In this document: in pieces, positions 10,319 through 19,660 of the stretch
How positions within the stretch are numbered: position 1 is the stretch's first letter
How the letters are laid out: every line of letters starts with the position of its first letter
Origin: Alphaproteobacteria bacterium
Lineage (GTDB): Bacteria; Pseudomonadota; Alphaproteobacteria; GCA-2731375
Length of the DNA stretch: 64,000 bases
NCBI GenBank assembly: GCA_965225945.1
Contig: CBDDBZ010000038.1
Location: 288,001 to 352,000, forward strand
Reading direction: 5' to 3'
Position numbers and translations under genes: made by a program
The notes under the pieces: model-generated
What the model saw: the letters and a program-made list of their open reading frames with translations, nothing else
Told to the model about the DNA's origin: nothing
Database searches by the model: none

Positions 10319-11541
10319 CATGGTACACGACGGCATTTACGTAGGACGTTGAAAAGGTTGTAGGATTCCCGATTCACTCCACGACGAGTCAAGAGGGAAA
10401 TCATGCGAGACAACCCGATCAACGCCCTGCGTGAGACGCTACGATGCGGCTTCGCCTTTCGCAAGAGCCGTCTGGAGAGCCTTTGCGTCTTGGTCTTCGG
10501 CGTGTTCGTCGCCCGGACGGTGAACCTCTCTCACTTGGCCTGCCACTTTCCGGGGCGCGCGCGATCCAGCTCCAACTATCGGCGCCTGCAACGGTTTTTC
10601 GAGCAAGTCGATTTCGATTACGATCGCCTCGCCGAGTTCCTGGTCGCGATGATGGGGCTCCAGGCGGGGCCGTGGCGGCTGACCATGGACCGGACCAACT
10701 GGCGGCTGGGTCGCCGCGACGTCAACATCTTGATGATCGGCATCGTCAACCGCGCCATCGCCATTCCCGTGTGCTGGCGGGTGCTCGACAAGGCGGGCAA
10801 TTCCAATACCAAGGAGCGGATCGCGATCCTCGAACACGTCCTCCGGCTCTTCGGGGTCGACAAGATCGCCAGCCTCCTGGCCGACCGGGAATTCATCGGC
10901 GACGCCTGGCTGGCATGGTTGCAGGAAAAGGCCATCCCCTTTCACATCCGCATCCGATCCAACATCAAGATCGCCAACACGCGTGGTCGCATGGTCAAGG
11001 CGAGGGAGCTGTTTCGCGACCTCAAACCCGGGGAAAGCCGCATCCTCTCCAACGCCAGGCGCCTCTCGGAGGCCAGAAAACCCAAGGCCAGGCCCGTCTT
11101 CGTCGCCGCGCTCCATCTCAAGACCGGCGAACTGTTGATCGTCGTGACCAACGACGCGCCCGAGGAGGCCTTGGCCATCTACGCCCAGCGCTGGCAAATC
11201 GAGACCCTCTTCGCCGCCTTGAAAACCCGTGGCTTCAACCTCGAAGACACCCACATGACCGACCCGGAGCGCATCTCCAAGCTCACCGCCGTCCTTTCCA
11301 TCACCTTCTGCTGGGCGCACAAAGTCGGCGATTGGCTCCACGAGGCCGAGCCGATCCGCCTCAAAACCCACAAAAGGATGGCAAAATCCATCTTCCGATA
11401 CGGTTTCGAGTGGATAAGGCGACAGCTCGTCAATCCTATCGACAGGCGTCAAGCCATTGAGCTGATTCGTTTCCTCGTCCCCGGAAAACCACCAGTCCAG
11501 GTGCCCAGGCCAAAGCCAGCATGAACGAGTCGTGTACTGTG
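10319..11541 (+). mobile_element. IS4-family (ISAba1/IS10-like) insertion sequence
   Basis: IRs CATGGTACACGAC / GTCGTGTACTGTG; 9-bp TSD CAACTGGAC (10310-18, 11542-50). Confidence 0.92.
10403..11524 (+). CDS. IS4-family DDE transposase
   Basis: YRRLQRFF, LTMDRTNW, ADREFIG, YAQRWQIETLF...KTRGFNLEDTH. Confidence 0.93.
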   Translation: MRDNPINALRETLRCGFAFRKSRLESLCVLVFGVFVARTVNLSHLACHFPGRARSSSNYRRLQRFFEQVDFDYDRLAEFLVAMMGLQAGPWRLTMDRTNWRLGRRDVNILMIGIVNRAIAIPVCWRVLDKAGNSNTKERIAILEHVLRLFGVDKIASLLADREFIGDAWLAWLQEKAIPFHIRIRSNIKIANTRGRMVKARELFRDLKPGESRILSNARRLSEARKPKARPVFVAALHLKTGELLIVVTNDAPEEALAIYAQRWQIETLFAALKTRGFNLEDTHMTDPERISKLTAVLSITFCWAHKVGDWLHEAEPIRLKTHKRMAKSIFRYGFEWIRRQLVNPIDRRQAIELIRFLVPGKPPVQVPRPKPA

Positions 11542-12948
11542 CAACTGGACCTTTTTGACGAGGCCCTGATGAAGACGCTGCGCCCCGAGGCCTCCGGTGA
11601 CGGCGGAACCGGAACTGGACCCTGCGAGGAGCCACAAGCGATCACGGCGTTGGAACAGCAACGAGCCTTGACGCAAGACCTGATGGAACGGGTGGTGAGT
11701 TCAGCCAACCTGAGCCAAGCCTACAGGCGGGTGAAGGCGAATAAGGGGTCGGCGGGGGTGGATGGGATGACCATCCTAGACCTACGGCCCTGGCTCGCCG
11801 ATCACAAGGATGCGCTGGTGGCGCAGTGGGCCCGAGGCGGTTATCGGCCACAACCGGTGAAGGGGGTCTCGATTCCCAAGCCGGGGGGCGGGATGCGGCA
11901 ATTGGGCATCCCGACGGTGCTGGACCGTCTGGTTCAGCAAGCCATCCTGCAAGTCCTTCAGCCAATTCTCGATCCGGCTTTCTCGGGTTCGAGTTTTGGC
12001 TTCCGTCCGGGACGGAGCGCCCACGATGCTCTGGCCCAAGCAGGCAAATACGTCGCCGAAGGCCACGGGATCGTGGTCGACCTGGATTTGGAGACGTTCT
12101 TCGACCGGGTCAAGCACGACATTCTGATGTCCCGACTGGCTGGGCGCATTGGCGACAAGCGCCTGCTGCGCATCATCCGGCGTTTCCTGCAAGCGGGGAT
12201 GATGCAAGCCGGCGTCTGCATCCGGCGCCATGAGGGTACGCCGCAAGGCGGCCCGCTGTCGCCGCTGCTGGCCAATCTTCTACTGGACGACCTGGACCAG
12301 ATGCTGGAGGCGCGGGGCCATCGCTTCTGCCGTTACGCCGACGATGTGAACATCTATGTTCGCAGCCAGGCGGCGGGCGAACGGGTGATGGCCTCGGTGG
12401 CCAAATTCCTCCAAGGCAGGTTGCATCTTCAGATCAACCAGGAGAAAAGTGCCGTCGCTCCGGTCTGGGAACGCAGGTTCCTCGGCCACCGACTTTTGCC
12501 GGATGGATCGCTCGGCATTGCGCCCCAAAGCCTGCGGCGGGCGAAGCAACGGGTTCGCGAAATCACCCGGCGCAACCGGGGCGTCAGCCTCGCGCGCATG
12601 GTCGGCGAGCTGAACAGCTTCCTCGCCGGTTGGGTGACGTATTTCCGCCATGCCCGTTGCGGGAGACAACTACGGCGTCTCGACGGATGGATCCGCCGAA
12701 AACTGCGCTGTGTCCGGCTCAAGCAATGCAAGCGCACCAAGGCGCAAGCGGATTTTCTGCGAAGCCTTGGGGTGCCCGAATGGCGGGCATGGATCTTGGC
12801 TCTCTCCGGCAAGGGCTGGTGGCGCAAGTCCCTCAGCCCCCAAGCCACCGAGGCCATGACCCTGGCTTGGTTCGACGGCCAGGGGCTCATCCCCCTAGCC
12901 GACAGGTTCCGAGCGTTGCAACTAACCGGAAACCGCCATGGTACGTAG
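11521..12948 (+). CDS. ltrA: Group II intron reverse transcriptase/maturase
   Basis: NKGSAGVDG, IPKPGGGMRQLGIPTVLDR, GFRPGRS, DLDLETFFD, GTPQGGPLSPLL, RYADD, maturase X domain. Confidence 0.95.
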   Translation: MNESCTVQLDLFDEALMKTLRPEASGDGGTGTGPCEEPQAITALEQQRALTQDLMERVVSSANLSQAYRRVKANKGSAGVDGMTILDLRPWLADHKDALVAQWARGGYRPQPVKGVSIPKPGGGMRQLGIPTVLDRLVQQAILQVLQPILDPAFSGSSFGFRPGRSAHDALAQAGKYVAEGHGIVVDLDLETFFDRVKHDILMSRLAGRIGDKRLLRIIRRFLQAGMMQAGVCIRRHEGTPQGGPLSPLLANLLLDDLDQMLEARGHRFCRYADDVNIYVRSQAAGERVMASVAKFLQGRLHLQINQEKSAVAPVWERRFLGHRLLPDGSLGIAPQSLRRAKQRVREITRRNRGVSLARMVGELNSFLAGWVTYFRHARCGRQLRRLDGWIRRKLRCVRLKQCKRTKAQADFLRSLGVPEWRAWILALSGKGWWRKSLSPQATEAMTLAWFDGQGLIPLADRFRALQLTGNRHGT

Positions 12949-13025
12949 AACGTATGCCCGGTGGTGTGGGAGGCGGGAACCGCGAGGAACCCGCCTACCC
13001 GATTGGTTCTTCGCGGATTGAATTA

Positions 13026-14050
13026 GGCTCAATTCGTGAATTGTATGCGTCACCTTGTTACGGCGGCGGCGAGGCAGGCTCGGTCATTGGCGCCGGGGGC
13101 GAGGCCGACGAGGTGGAACCAGCTCAGGTAGTTGTCCAGATAGCGGGTGGCGATGCCGCGGCGGGGACGCAGGAAGTCCTTCAACCGGCTGTGGCGGCTG
13201 TTCACCGTCTGCACATGCAGATCGCCCCGAACCCGTTCCCCCATCGAGCGGTTGAGTGCTTCGTGGCTCACCCCGAGCGCGGCGGCGCACGGTGGGTAGC
13301 TCGCGCCGCCGTCGGAGACCAGCAGGGCGTCCTTCGCGACCACCGGGTCGAGGGCAGCCGTGAGCGCCGCCGCATCGACCCTGGGCAGCACCGCGCTGAC
13401 CGTCGTTCCGCTCCGGTCCGCCGCCATGAGAACCGGTACCTGCTCGCGCGAGAGGCCGCGCTTCTTCGCCTTGCCGCCCCGCCGCCGTGCCTTGCGCCCC
13501 AGCCCGCGCGCGCCCTTCCGGCTCTCCAGGACGTAGGTCTCGTCCGCTTCCACGATCCCCTTGAGCACCTCCGAATCGCTTCGCGCCGCCGCCAGAAACC
13601 GGTGACGCCAGCGGAACGCCGTGCTCACCGCCACGTCGCAGCGCGCCGCCGAGGCCTTCACCGTCTCCCCCTTCGCCAGCGACGCCCCGAACGACAGCCA
13701 GCGTTCCTTGTGGTGCAAGCCCGACAGCGGCGTACCGCTCAGCGCGTTGAAGGTCCTGCCGCAGCCCTTGCACTGGTAGCGCCGCAGACCCCGCGCCATA
13801 CCGCGCGAAACCGCCCCTTCGCTCGCGCAGTGCGGACAGCGCCGGGCCTCGTCCACACCAAGCTCGATCGCGGCCTTCGATGCCTCGCCCTCGCTCCGGC
13901 CCGACAGCACCGCGAGCGCCTCGCGCCGCTACGCGCGCGTCAGCCCGCGCGCCGCCGAAAGCCACACCTGGAAACCCTTGCTGTCCATAACCCAACCTCC
14001 TGACGTTCCAGGCACTCTATCACTAATGCATACAATTCACGAATTGAGCC
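13026..14050 (-). mobile_element. IS1595-family insertion sequence
   Basis: IRs GGCTCAATTCGTGAATTGTATGC / GCATACAATTCACGAATTGAGCC; 8-bp TSD TTGAATTA (13018-25, 14051-58). Confidence 0.93.
13050..13988 (-). pseudogene. IS1595 transposase with an in-frame TAG at codon 20 (13929-13931)
   Basis: AGGAGG RBS then MDSKGFQVWLSAARGLTRA*RREALAVL; Zn ribbon CPHC/CKGC; VEADETY, VSDG, HVQTVNSRHSRLK. Confidence 0.85.
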
Positions 14051-14618
14051 TTGAATTAAGCGTAGGTTGCCCAAGTAATGCCGCGTGGTACTCGAGGCAG
14101 TTGGGACATATGTGCCCCAATAAATCGACGTTTCTCAAGCAAGACGACGACGCACTATCAATTGTGACACACAATCCGATCGGGCAATCGATTACTGGAA
14201 CAGGAAATAAACGCGACAATCAGCGCCGCCCCGGCGAAACACCGTGGAAAGGTCATAGGTGAATCCCGCTTGCCGCAAAAGCTTTCCTCGGTTGTCCGGA
14301 TAAACGTTGACGATGCCGATATGCCCGATCAGGTCGTTGTCCGTGCCGAAAAACGCTTTGGGCAAGGACGAGAGGTGGCCCGCGAGTTGTGCCGACAGGT
14401 CTAGCTTTTTTATCACTTGGCGGGCCGTCCTAGCGCCGGCCCTAGCGGCGGTCCGCGAAACGCCGCGCTTGACCACGTGTTTCGCCAAAGTGCGCGTTCC
14501 GCGGGTTAGGGCAAAATCCACGGCGACTTCGGTCAATTGTTCGACCACCGGGCCGCCGTCGTCGTATTCCCACAGGGTGACTTGCAAAGTCAGGGGCTGC
14601 GACGGACCGGTCCACAGC

Positions 14619-14699
14619 CGACGTCCTTTTCCGGCGCGCTTGCTGCCGTTTTTCAGCAACGTCGACGTCCTTTTCCGGCGCGCTTGCTGCCGTTTTTCA
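14619..14699. repeat. 37-bp direct duplication with a 7-bp junction
   Basis: CGACGTCCTTTTCCGGCGCGCTTGCTGCCGTTTTTCA at 14619-55 and 14663-99. Confidence 0.95.
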
Positions 14700-14894
14700 T
14701 GTTTTTGTAGTATTTGCCGCGGCCTGGCAACGTCGAACTGTACGTGCTTCCGTTTGCGTCGACGACGACGACGCTGGCGAAAATTTCATTGGCCGGATAG
14801 AGCGCGCTGTCCTTCTGCACCTTGCGGCAGTACAGCCCCTGATAAGTCAGTGTGTATGGTGTATCGCACCCGGTTCCTTGGACACAAGTTTGTC

Positions 14895-15806
14895 TCATGC
14901 GGCGGGCCTGAGTGACATCGCGGTGTGCCACGCCTGACGAGCTTGAGCGGGGCTCAGGTAGCCGTTCTTCTCCACGATCCACTGGGCATTGTACTGTTCG
15001 ACGAACCCGCGGACGGCGTTCCGCAGCTCCGCGATGTTGCGGTAGATGCGGCCATGGATGATCTGTTCCTTGAGCGTGCGATTGAACCTCTCGGCGACGC
15101 CGTTGGTCTGGGGCTGTTCGACGAAGGCGTAGGACGGCTGGATGCCCCAGAACTTGATCTGGTTGGTGAAGTGGTCCGACAGATACTGGGAGCCGTGATC
15201 CATCCGCAAGGCCAGCCCCCGCGCCGCACCGGCGGAGGTCGAGGCATACAGCCTCGCAAGCCCCATGGAGATCGGCTGAAGGGCGGCGAAGCGGTCGCCT
15301 CGCTTGCACACATGCCAGCCGACGCACTCGGCGTTCCAATGCTCGATGGCGGTGAATATCCAGCCCCAGCCGTCGTCCACCGTGAACACCCGAACGCCGT
15401 CCGTGCCCCACATGAGGTTGGGGGCATGGGTGATGATCTCACCGACATGGGGATTTCCGCCACGGCGGCGGCAGCGATGGGGCGAGAGCAGGTTGTTCTC
15501 GCGCATCACCCGGAGCACCCGCTTGCGGGAAACACGGATGCCACGACAGACCCGAAGCCGAGCCCAGACCTTGCGGTGTCCCTCGCCCTCCCAGGGGGAT
15601 GCCTCCAGGTCGGCCTCGATGGCCACCAGCAGAGCCTCGTCCGAGATCGAGGGCTTCGGTCCCCGGCGCTTTGCTGGTGGGCGCTCAGCGGTGGCCTGCT
15701 GCCGGGATTTCATGGCGTAGAACGAGGAACGGGCAAAACCCCAGGCCGCACAGACCCGCTGGAGGCCGTAGGCCAAACCCGTGCCGGGAGAGGTGGCGGC
15801 ACTCAT
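14895..15806 (-). CDS. Transposase OrfB (HTH + integrase core)
   Basis: GEGHRKVWARL, WGTDG, LRMDHGSQY, PQTNGVAERFNRTLKEQ. Confidence 0.9.
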   Translation of the reverse strand: MSAATSPGTGLAYGLQRVCAAWGFARSSFYAMKSRQQATAERPPAKRRGPKPSISDEALLVAIEADLEASPWEGEGHRKVWARLRVCRGIRVSRKRVLRVMRENNLLSPHRCRRRGGNPHVGEIITHAPNLMWGTDGVRVFTVDDGWGWIFTAIEHWNAECVGWHVCKRGDRFAALQPISMGLARLYASTSAGAARGLALRMDHGSQYLSDHFTNQIKFWGIQPSYAFVEQPQTNGVAERFNRTLKEQIIHGRIYRNIAELRNAVRGFVEQYNAQWIVEKNGYLSPAQARQAWHTAMSLRPAA

Positions 15807-16213
15807 CGCCGCGACCTCCGCCGCCCCAAAGGGCCGGACGTCTCCGTCTTGGCCTCCAGCAGTTCCACCTGCATGATCAACTCCCCGATCCGCTTCATGG
15901 CGATGTCCAGTTCCGCCTTTACCGGATCGCCCTTGCGTTCCTTGAGCGAGGCATCGATCCCGGCGATCGCCTTCTCACGCCACTGCTCGAGCCGGAAAAT
16001 CTCCACGCCCAACTGCCGCGACAAAAGTTCCACCGGCTCGCCACGCAAAAGCCGCAGGGCAACCTCACGCTTGCGCGTCACCGTCCACCGCTGGCCAAGT
16101 CCCAGCGGGCCTGCCGGCGAAACCTGGCCCGGGGAAAACGTGGACGAGCCAAGCTCGCCCTCGTTTACCACAGGCCCATCAACAGCAACTTTGTTCTCAA
16201 AATTGTCGGTCAT
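15803..16213 (-). CDS. Transposase OrfA (HTH)
   Basis: RKREVALRLLRGEPVELLSRQLGV...LEQWREK; GGAGGA RBS; ATGA overlap with orfB. Confidence 0.8.
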   Translation of the reverse strand: MTDNFENKVAVDGPVVNEGELGSSTFSPGQVSPAGPLGLGQRWTVTRKREVALRLLRGEPVELLSRQLGVEIFRLEQWREKAIAGIDASLKERKGDPVKAELDIAMKRIGELIMQVELLEAKTETSGPLGRRRSRR

Positions 16214-16662
16214 GTTCCGGTCCTCCTTGGACACTTCGATTAAACCAATTCTGTGTCCAAGGAAATCGGGTCCGACTCAGTCAGTGTGTATGGCCGCCTG
16301 GCCTTTGCCTACTGTTGCCGTTCATGCGCCAAGTCTTGTTGCGTCTCGACGATGGCCTCTCTGTAGGCGGGGCGTCGATCAATTGCGTATGCGTGTTTGT
16401 AATCGGCCAACGCGCCTTCCCAATCGTCGAGTTTCCGTTTCGAATACCCGCGATAAAATATGCCTGGCCAAGCCGCGGATCGAACTGAAGCGCATTGTTA
16501 AAGCTGTGGACGGCGTCGCGGTGTAGCCTGTCGGTTTGCTGATGGAAACCGCGCATTAGAAAGGCAATGGACATATCATCCCGCGTCAATCGGCCGGAAG
16601 CGATGGCGAGCCTGCAGTACTCCGCCCGTGCACGGGCATTCCCCCCTTCGGCGAAGCACTGA

Positions 16663-17836
16663 TACCAATCGGCCTTGAGGGAGACTCACTTTGAGGATTC
16701 CCATGGTGGATGATTTCTGACTCAATTCCGGTGATTCGGAGTTGAGGAGGTTCACCATGGGAGCGGCGATCGGGTTACGAGAGGATTTCGATGCGGCGGA
16801 GCTGCGTCGCTTGGCGAAGCTTTCCAAGGATGCCGGCCAGAGCCGCCGGCTCTTGGCTCTCGCGGTGATCTATGACGGTGGGCGGCGGACGGATGCGGCA
16901 CGGACCGGCCACGTGGGGCTTCAGGTGATCCGAGATTGGGTGTTGCATTTCAACGCCGAGGGCCCGGACGGCTTGATCGATCGCAAGGCGCCCGGTGCGG
17001 TGGCGAAGCTCGACGATGCACAACGCCAGGCGCTGGGGGCACGCGTCGATGCGGGGCCGAACCCGGCGGTCGACGGCGTGGTGCGCTGGCGGCTGAAGGA
17101 TCTGGCGGGCTGGATCCGGGATATGTTCGCGATCTCGCTCGACGAGACCACGGTGAGCCGGGAATTGAAGGCGATGGGCTTCACGAAGATGACGGCGCGT
17201 CCGCGCCACCATGCCCAGGAGGAGGGCGTCATCGAGGATTTTAAAAAAAATTCCCCGAGCTGGTGGCGCAAGCCCGCCGGCGCCTGCCCGACGGCACCGA
17301 GATAGAAATCTGGTGGCAGGACGAAGCCCGTGTCGGCCAGAAGAACAAGATCACTCGGCGCTGGGCGCGGCGCGGAACCCGGCCCCGCGCACCGCATGAC
17401 CAGCGCACCAAATCAGCCTATATCTTCGGCGCCATCTGTCCCGAACGCGGCGTCGGCGCCGCCCTCGTGCTCCCCCACTGCGACACCCAGGCCATGCAGC
17501 TGCATCTGGAGGAGATCTCCTCCCGGGTAGGCGCGCGCGCGCATGCCCTCCTGCTCCTCGATCAGGCGGGTTGGCACACCACGGACAAGCTGAAGATCCC
17601 CGCCAACGTTACCCTCCTGCCCCTGCCACCACGCTCGCCGGAGCTCAATCCGACCGAAAACATCTGGCAGTTCATGCGCGACAACTGGCTGTCCAACTTG
17701 GTCTTCCAATCCGACGAGCAGATCATCACCTCCTGCTGCTGCGAAGCCTGGAACAAGCTCATCGATCAACCATGGAACATCACGTCCATCGGGCGGCGTA
17801 AATGGGCGCATGAGTTCTGATTAATGCCGATTGGTA
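16663..17836 (+). mobile_element. IS630-family insertion sequence (frameshift type)
   Basis: IRs TACCAATCGGC / GCCGATTGGTA; removing it restores the host reading frame (RAYQCF). Confidence 0.9.
16757..17820 (+). CDS. IS630 transposase expressed by -1 frameshift/slippage at TTTAAAAAAAA (17240-17250)
   Basis: ORF1 HTH (RRLLALAVIYDG...VVRWRLKDL); ORF2 WWQDEARVGQK, LDQAGWH, PPRSPELNPTENIW. Confidence 0.88.
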
Positions 17837-17921
17837 TAAGCTCGCGCGGTGTCGAACTCCTGTGGCGACATTGCCGACGCCGTACCCAGCAGAAAAATCG
17901 AAACAACGGCAGCACCAACTA

Positions 17922-19058
17922 GTGTTCCGATCCTAACAAAAGTTTCCCAAAGGGCTTGCGTTCTGCGATTCTGGGGGAATGACGAAGACATTGGCATGCA
18001 TCTGGCTGTCTCCCGCGGAGCGGGTGACGCTGGAAGGGTTGGTTTCTGGGCGGAACACGCCGCAGAAGCTGGTTTGGCGGGCACGGATAGTGTTGCTGTC
18101 GGCTGACGGGATCGGCACGATGACGATCGTCCGGTTGGTCGGCAAAAGTAAGGTGACGGTGTGGCGCTGGCAGGAGCGCTACCTTGCCAAAGGCATCGCC
18201 GGACTGCGCCGCGATGCGACGCGACCGGGACGCAAGCCGCCGCTGAGCGCCGAGGTGATCGAGCGGGTTGTGCATAAGACCTTGCACGAGACGCCGGAGG
18301 CGGCGACGCATTGGAGCATCCGCAAGATGGCCCGTGCCGTCGGCCTCAGCTACACCAGCGTGCAGCGGATCTGGAAGGCGCACGGCCTCAAGCCGCACCT
18401 GGTGAAGACCTTCAAGCTGTCGAATGACGAGCACTTCGTCGAGAAGGTGCGCGATATCGTCGGTCTCTATCTCGATCCGCCGGACAAGGCGCTGGTTCTC
18501 TCGGTCGACGAGAAGAGCCAGATCCAGGCGCTCGACCGCACACAGCCCGGCTTGCCGATCAAGAAGGGCCGAGCCGGCACCATGACGCATGACTACAAGC
18601 GCCACGGCACGACGACATTGTTCGCCGCGCTCGACGTCGCCACCGGCAAGGTCATCGGCCACTGCATGAAGCGGCACCGCCATCAGGAATGGCTGAAATT
18701 CCTGCGCCGTATCGACGCCGAGACGCCCAAGAAGCTCGACCTGCATCTGATCGCCGACAACTACGCCACCCACAAGCATCCCAAGGTCAAGGCGTGGTTG
18801 GCAAAACATCCTCGCTTCCATATGCACTTCACTCCGACATCCGCCTCCTGGCTCAGCCAGGTCGAACGCTTCTTCAGCCTGATCACCAGCGATCAAATCC
18901 GTTGCGGCGTGTTCAAGAGCGTCGCCGAACTCGAAACAGCCATTCAGAAATACCTCGAGCACCACAATGCCGATCCAAAACCCTTCGTATGGACCGCTTC
19001 CGCCACCGCCATACTCGAAAAAGTCGCTCGTGGGCGACAGGCGTTAGAGTCGGTACAC
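17922..19058 (+). mobile_element. IS630-family insertion sequence inserted at CTAG (TA duplicated)
   Basis: CTAGTGTTCCGATCCTAAC ... GTTAGAGTCGGTACACTAG. Confidence 0.9.
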
Positions 19059-19061
19059 TAG
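17979..19061 (+). CDS. IS630 transposase
   Basis: SVDEKSQIQALDR, HDYKRHGTTTLFAAL, DNYATHK, FTPTSASWLSQVERFF. Confidence 0.95.
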   Translation: MTKTLACIWLSPAERVTLEGLVSGRNTPQKLVWRARIVLLSADGIGTMTIVRLVGKSKVTVWRWQERYLAKGIAGLRRDATRPGRKPPLSAEVIERVVHKTLHETPEAATHWSIRKMARAVGLSYTSVQRIWKAHGLKPHLVKTFKLSNDEHFVEKVRDIVGLYLDPPDKALVLSVDEKSQIQALDRTQPGLPIKKGRAGTMTHDYKRHGTTTLFAALDVATGKVIGHCMKRHRHQEWLKFLRRIDAETPKKLDLHLIADNYATHKHPKVKAWLAKHPRFHMHFTPTSASWLSQVERFFSLITSDQIRCGVFKSVAELETAIQKYLEHHNADPKPFVWTASATAILEKVARGRQALESVH

Positions 19062-19312
19062 CGAATCACATATCGAAGCACAGCGTACGAGAACTCGCAT
19101 CGAATCGCCCCCCGAACACAATTGTAATAAAACCGGCATTCTCCGGATGACCGTCGGTTCCGGTCATCAGAGTAGCCATTTGAGCCCTTGTAGGCAAAAT
19201 TCCGAGGTTGAGGGGCGTGGGCAAGACGCTCCGCTTGCCTCCCGGATTGGCGCCGAGGTTGGTCCTGTGGCGCTCACACGCTTGGGGTCCGCCTGGGGTC
19301 ACACGCCTTGGG

Positions 19313-19525
19313 TCAGGTCTTGTATCTTGCATCGGCTCGTGCTTCCCAGGCCTTGATGATCCTGTTGAGGGAGGAACGGTGCAGGCCCGCCTCGTCGGCA
19401 ATCCGGATCGTGTCGCGGCGCATGGTGTCGCCATGGTCGCGATAGGCCCGCGCCAACCCTTCCGCGCGATCGCGCTCGCGCAGGGCGTCGAGCGTTTCGG
19501 GCGCGGCGCCCGTCAGCGGAACTTC
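19313..19525 (-). pseudogene. Probable C-terminal HTH remnant of a REP-associated tyrosine (Y1/RAYT-type) transposase
   Basis: AYRDHG...IADEAGLHRSSLNRIIK...ARYKT* ending in AAGACCTGACCC and followed by TGACCCC-type repeats; no HUH/Y1 domain present. Confidence 0.5.
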
Positions 19526-19622
19526 CGAACGCGCCGGAAAAGGGGTCATTCGAACGCGCCGGAAAAGGGGTCATTCTGCTTTTTGGTCCGTTCGGTCGAT
19601 TAAAGTACAATGACCCCTTTTT
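19526..19622. repeat. REP-like inverted-repeat element with a tandemly duplicated left arm
   Basis: CGAACGCGCCGGAAAAGGGGTCATT x2 (19526-50, 19551-75); inverted arm AATGACCCCTTTT from 19609. Confidence 0.8.
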
Positions 19623-19660
19623 TTCGACGCCGACAACGCGCCGGCGATCGAGCCATGCCC

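Larger units (their letters stand above)
9866..13003 (+). mobile_element. Class IIC group II intron carrying a nested IS4
   Basis: 5' GTGTGCCTGGCATGG directly after the terminator U-tract; short domain V with CGC triad (about 12932-12965); domain VI with bulged A at 12997; 3' end CCCGAT; RT ORF lacks an endonuclease domain. Confidence 0.93.
14860..16279 (-). mobile_element. IS3-like two-ORF DDE (rve) insertion sequence with 14-bp TSD
   Basis: IRs TGTATCGCACCCGGTTCCTTGGACACA / TGTGTCCAAGGAAATCGGGTCCGACTCA; TSD GTCAGTGTGTATGG (14846-59, 16280-93). Confidence 0.88.
14192..19100 (-). pseudogene. Secreted TPR-repeat protein gene (about 372 aa when reassembled) split by three ISs, a duplication, a frameshift and a nonsense codon
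   Basis: Fragments 19100-19061, 17921-17837, 16662-16294 and 14859-14192 join in frame at the IS junctions: signal peptide ...LLGTASA, then AVHSFNNALQFDPRLGQAYF, then YTLTYQGLYCRK. Confidence 0.8.

Noticed and set aside
11521-12948. RT as a retron, DGR or defence-associated RT
   Set aside because: Group II intron RNA ends, domains V and VI, a maturase domain and the terminator target identify it as a IIC intron RT.
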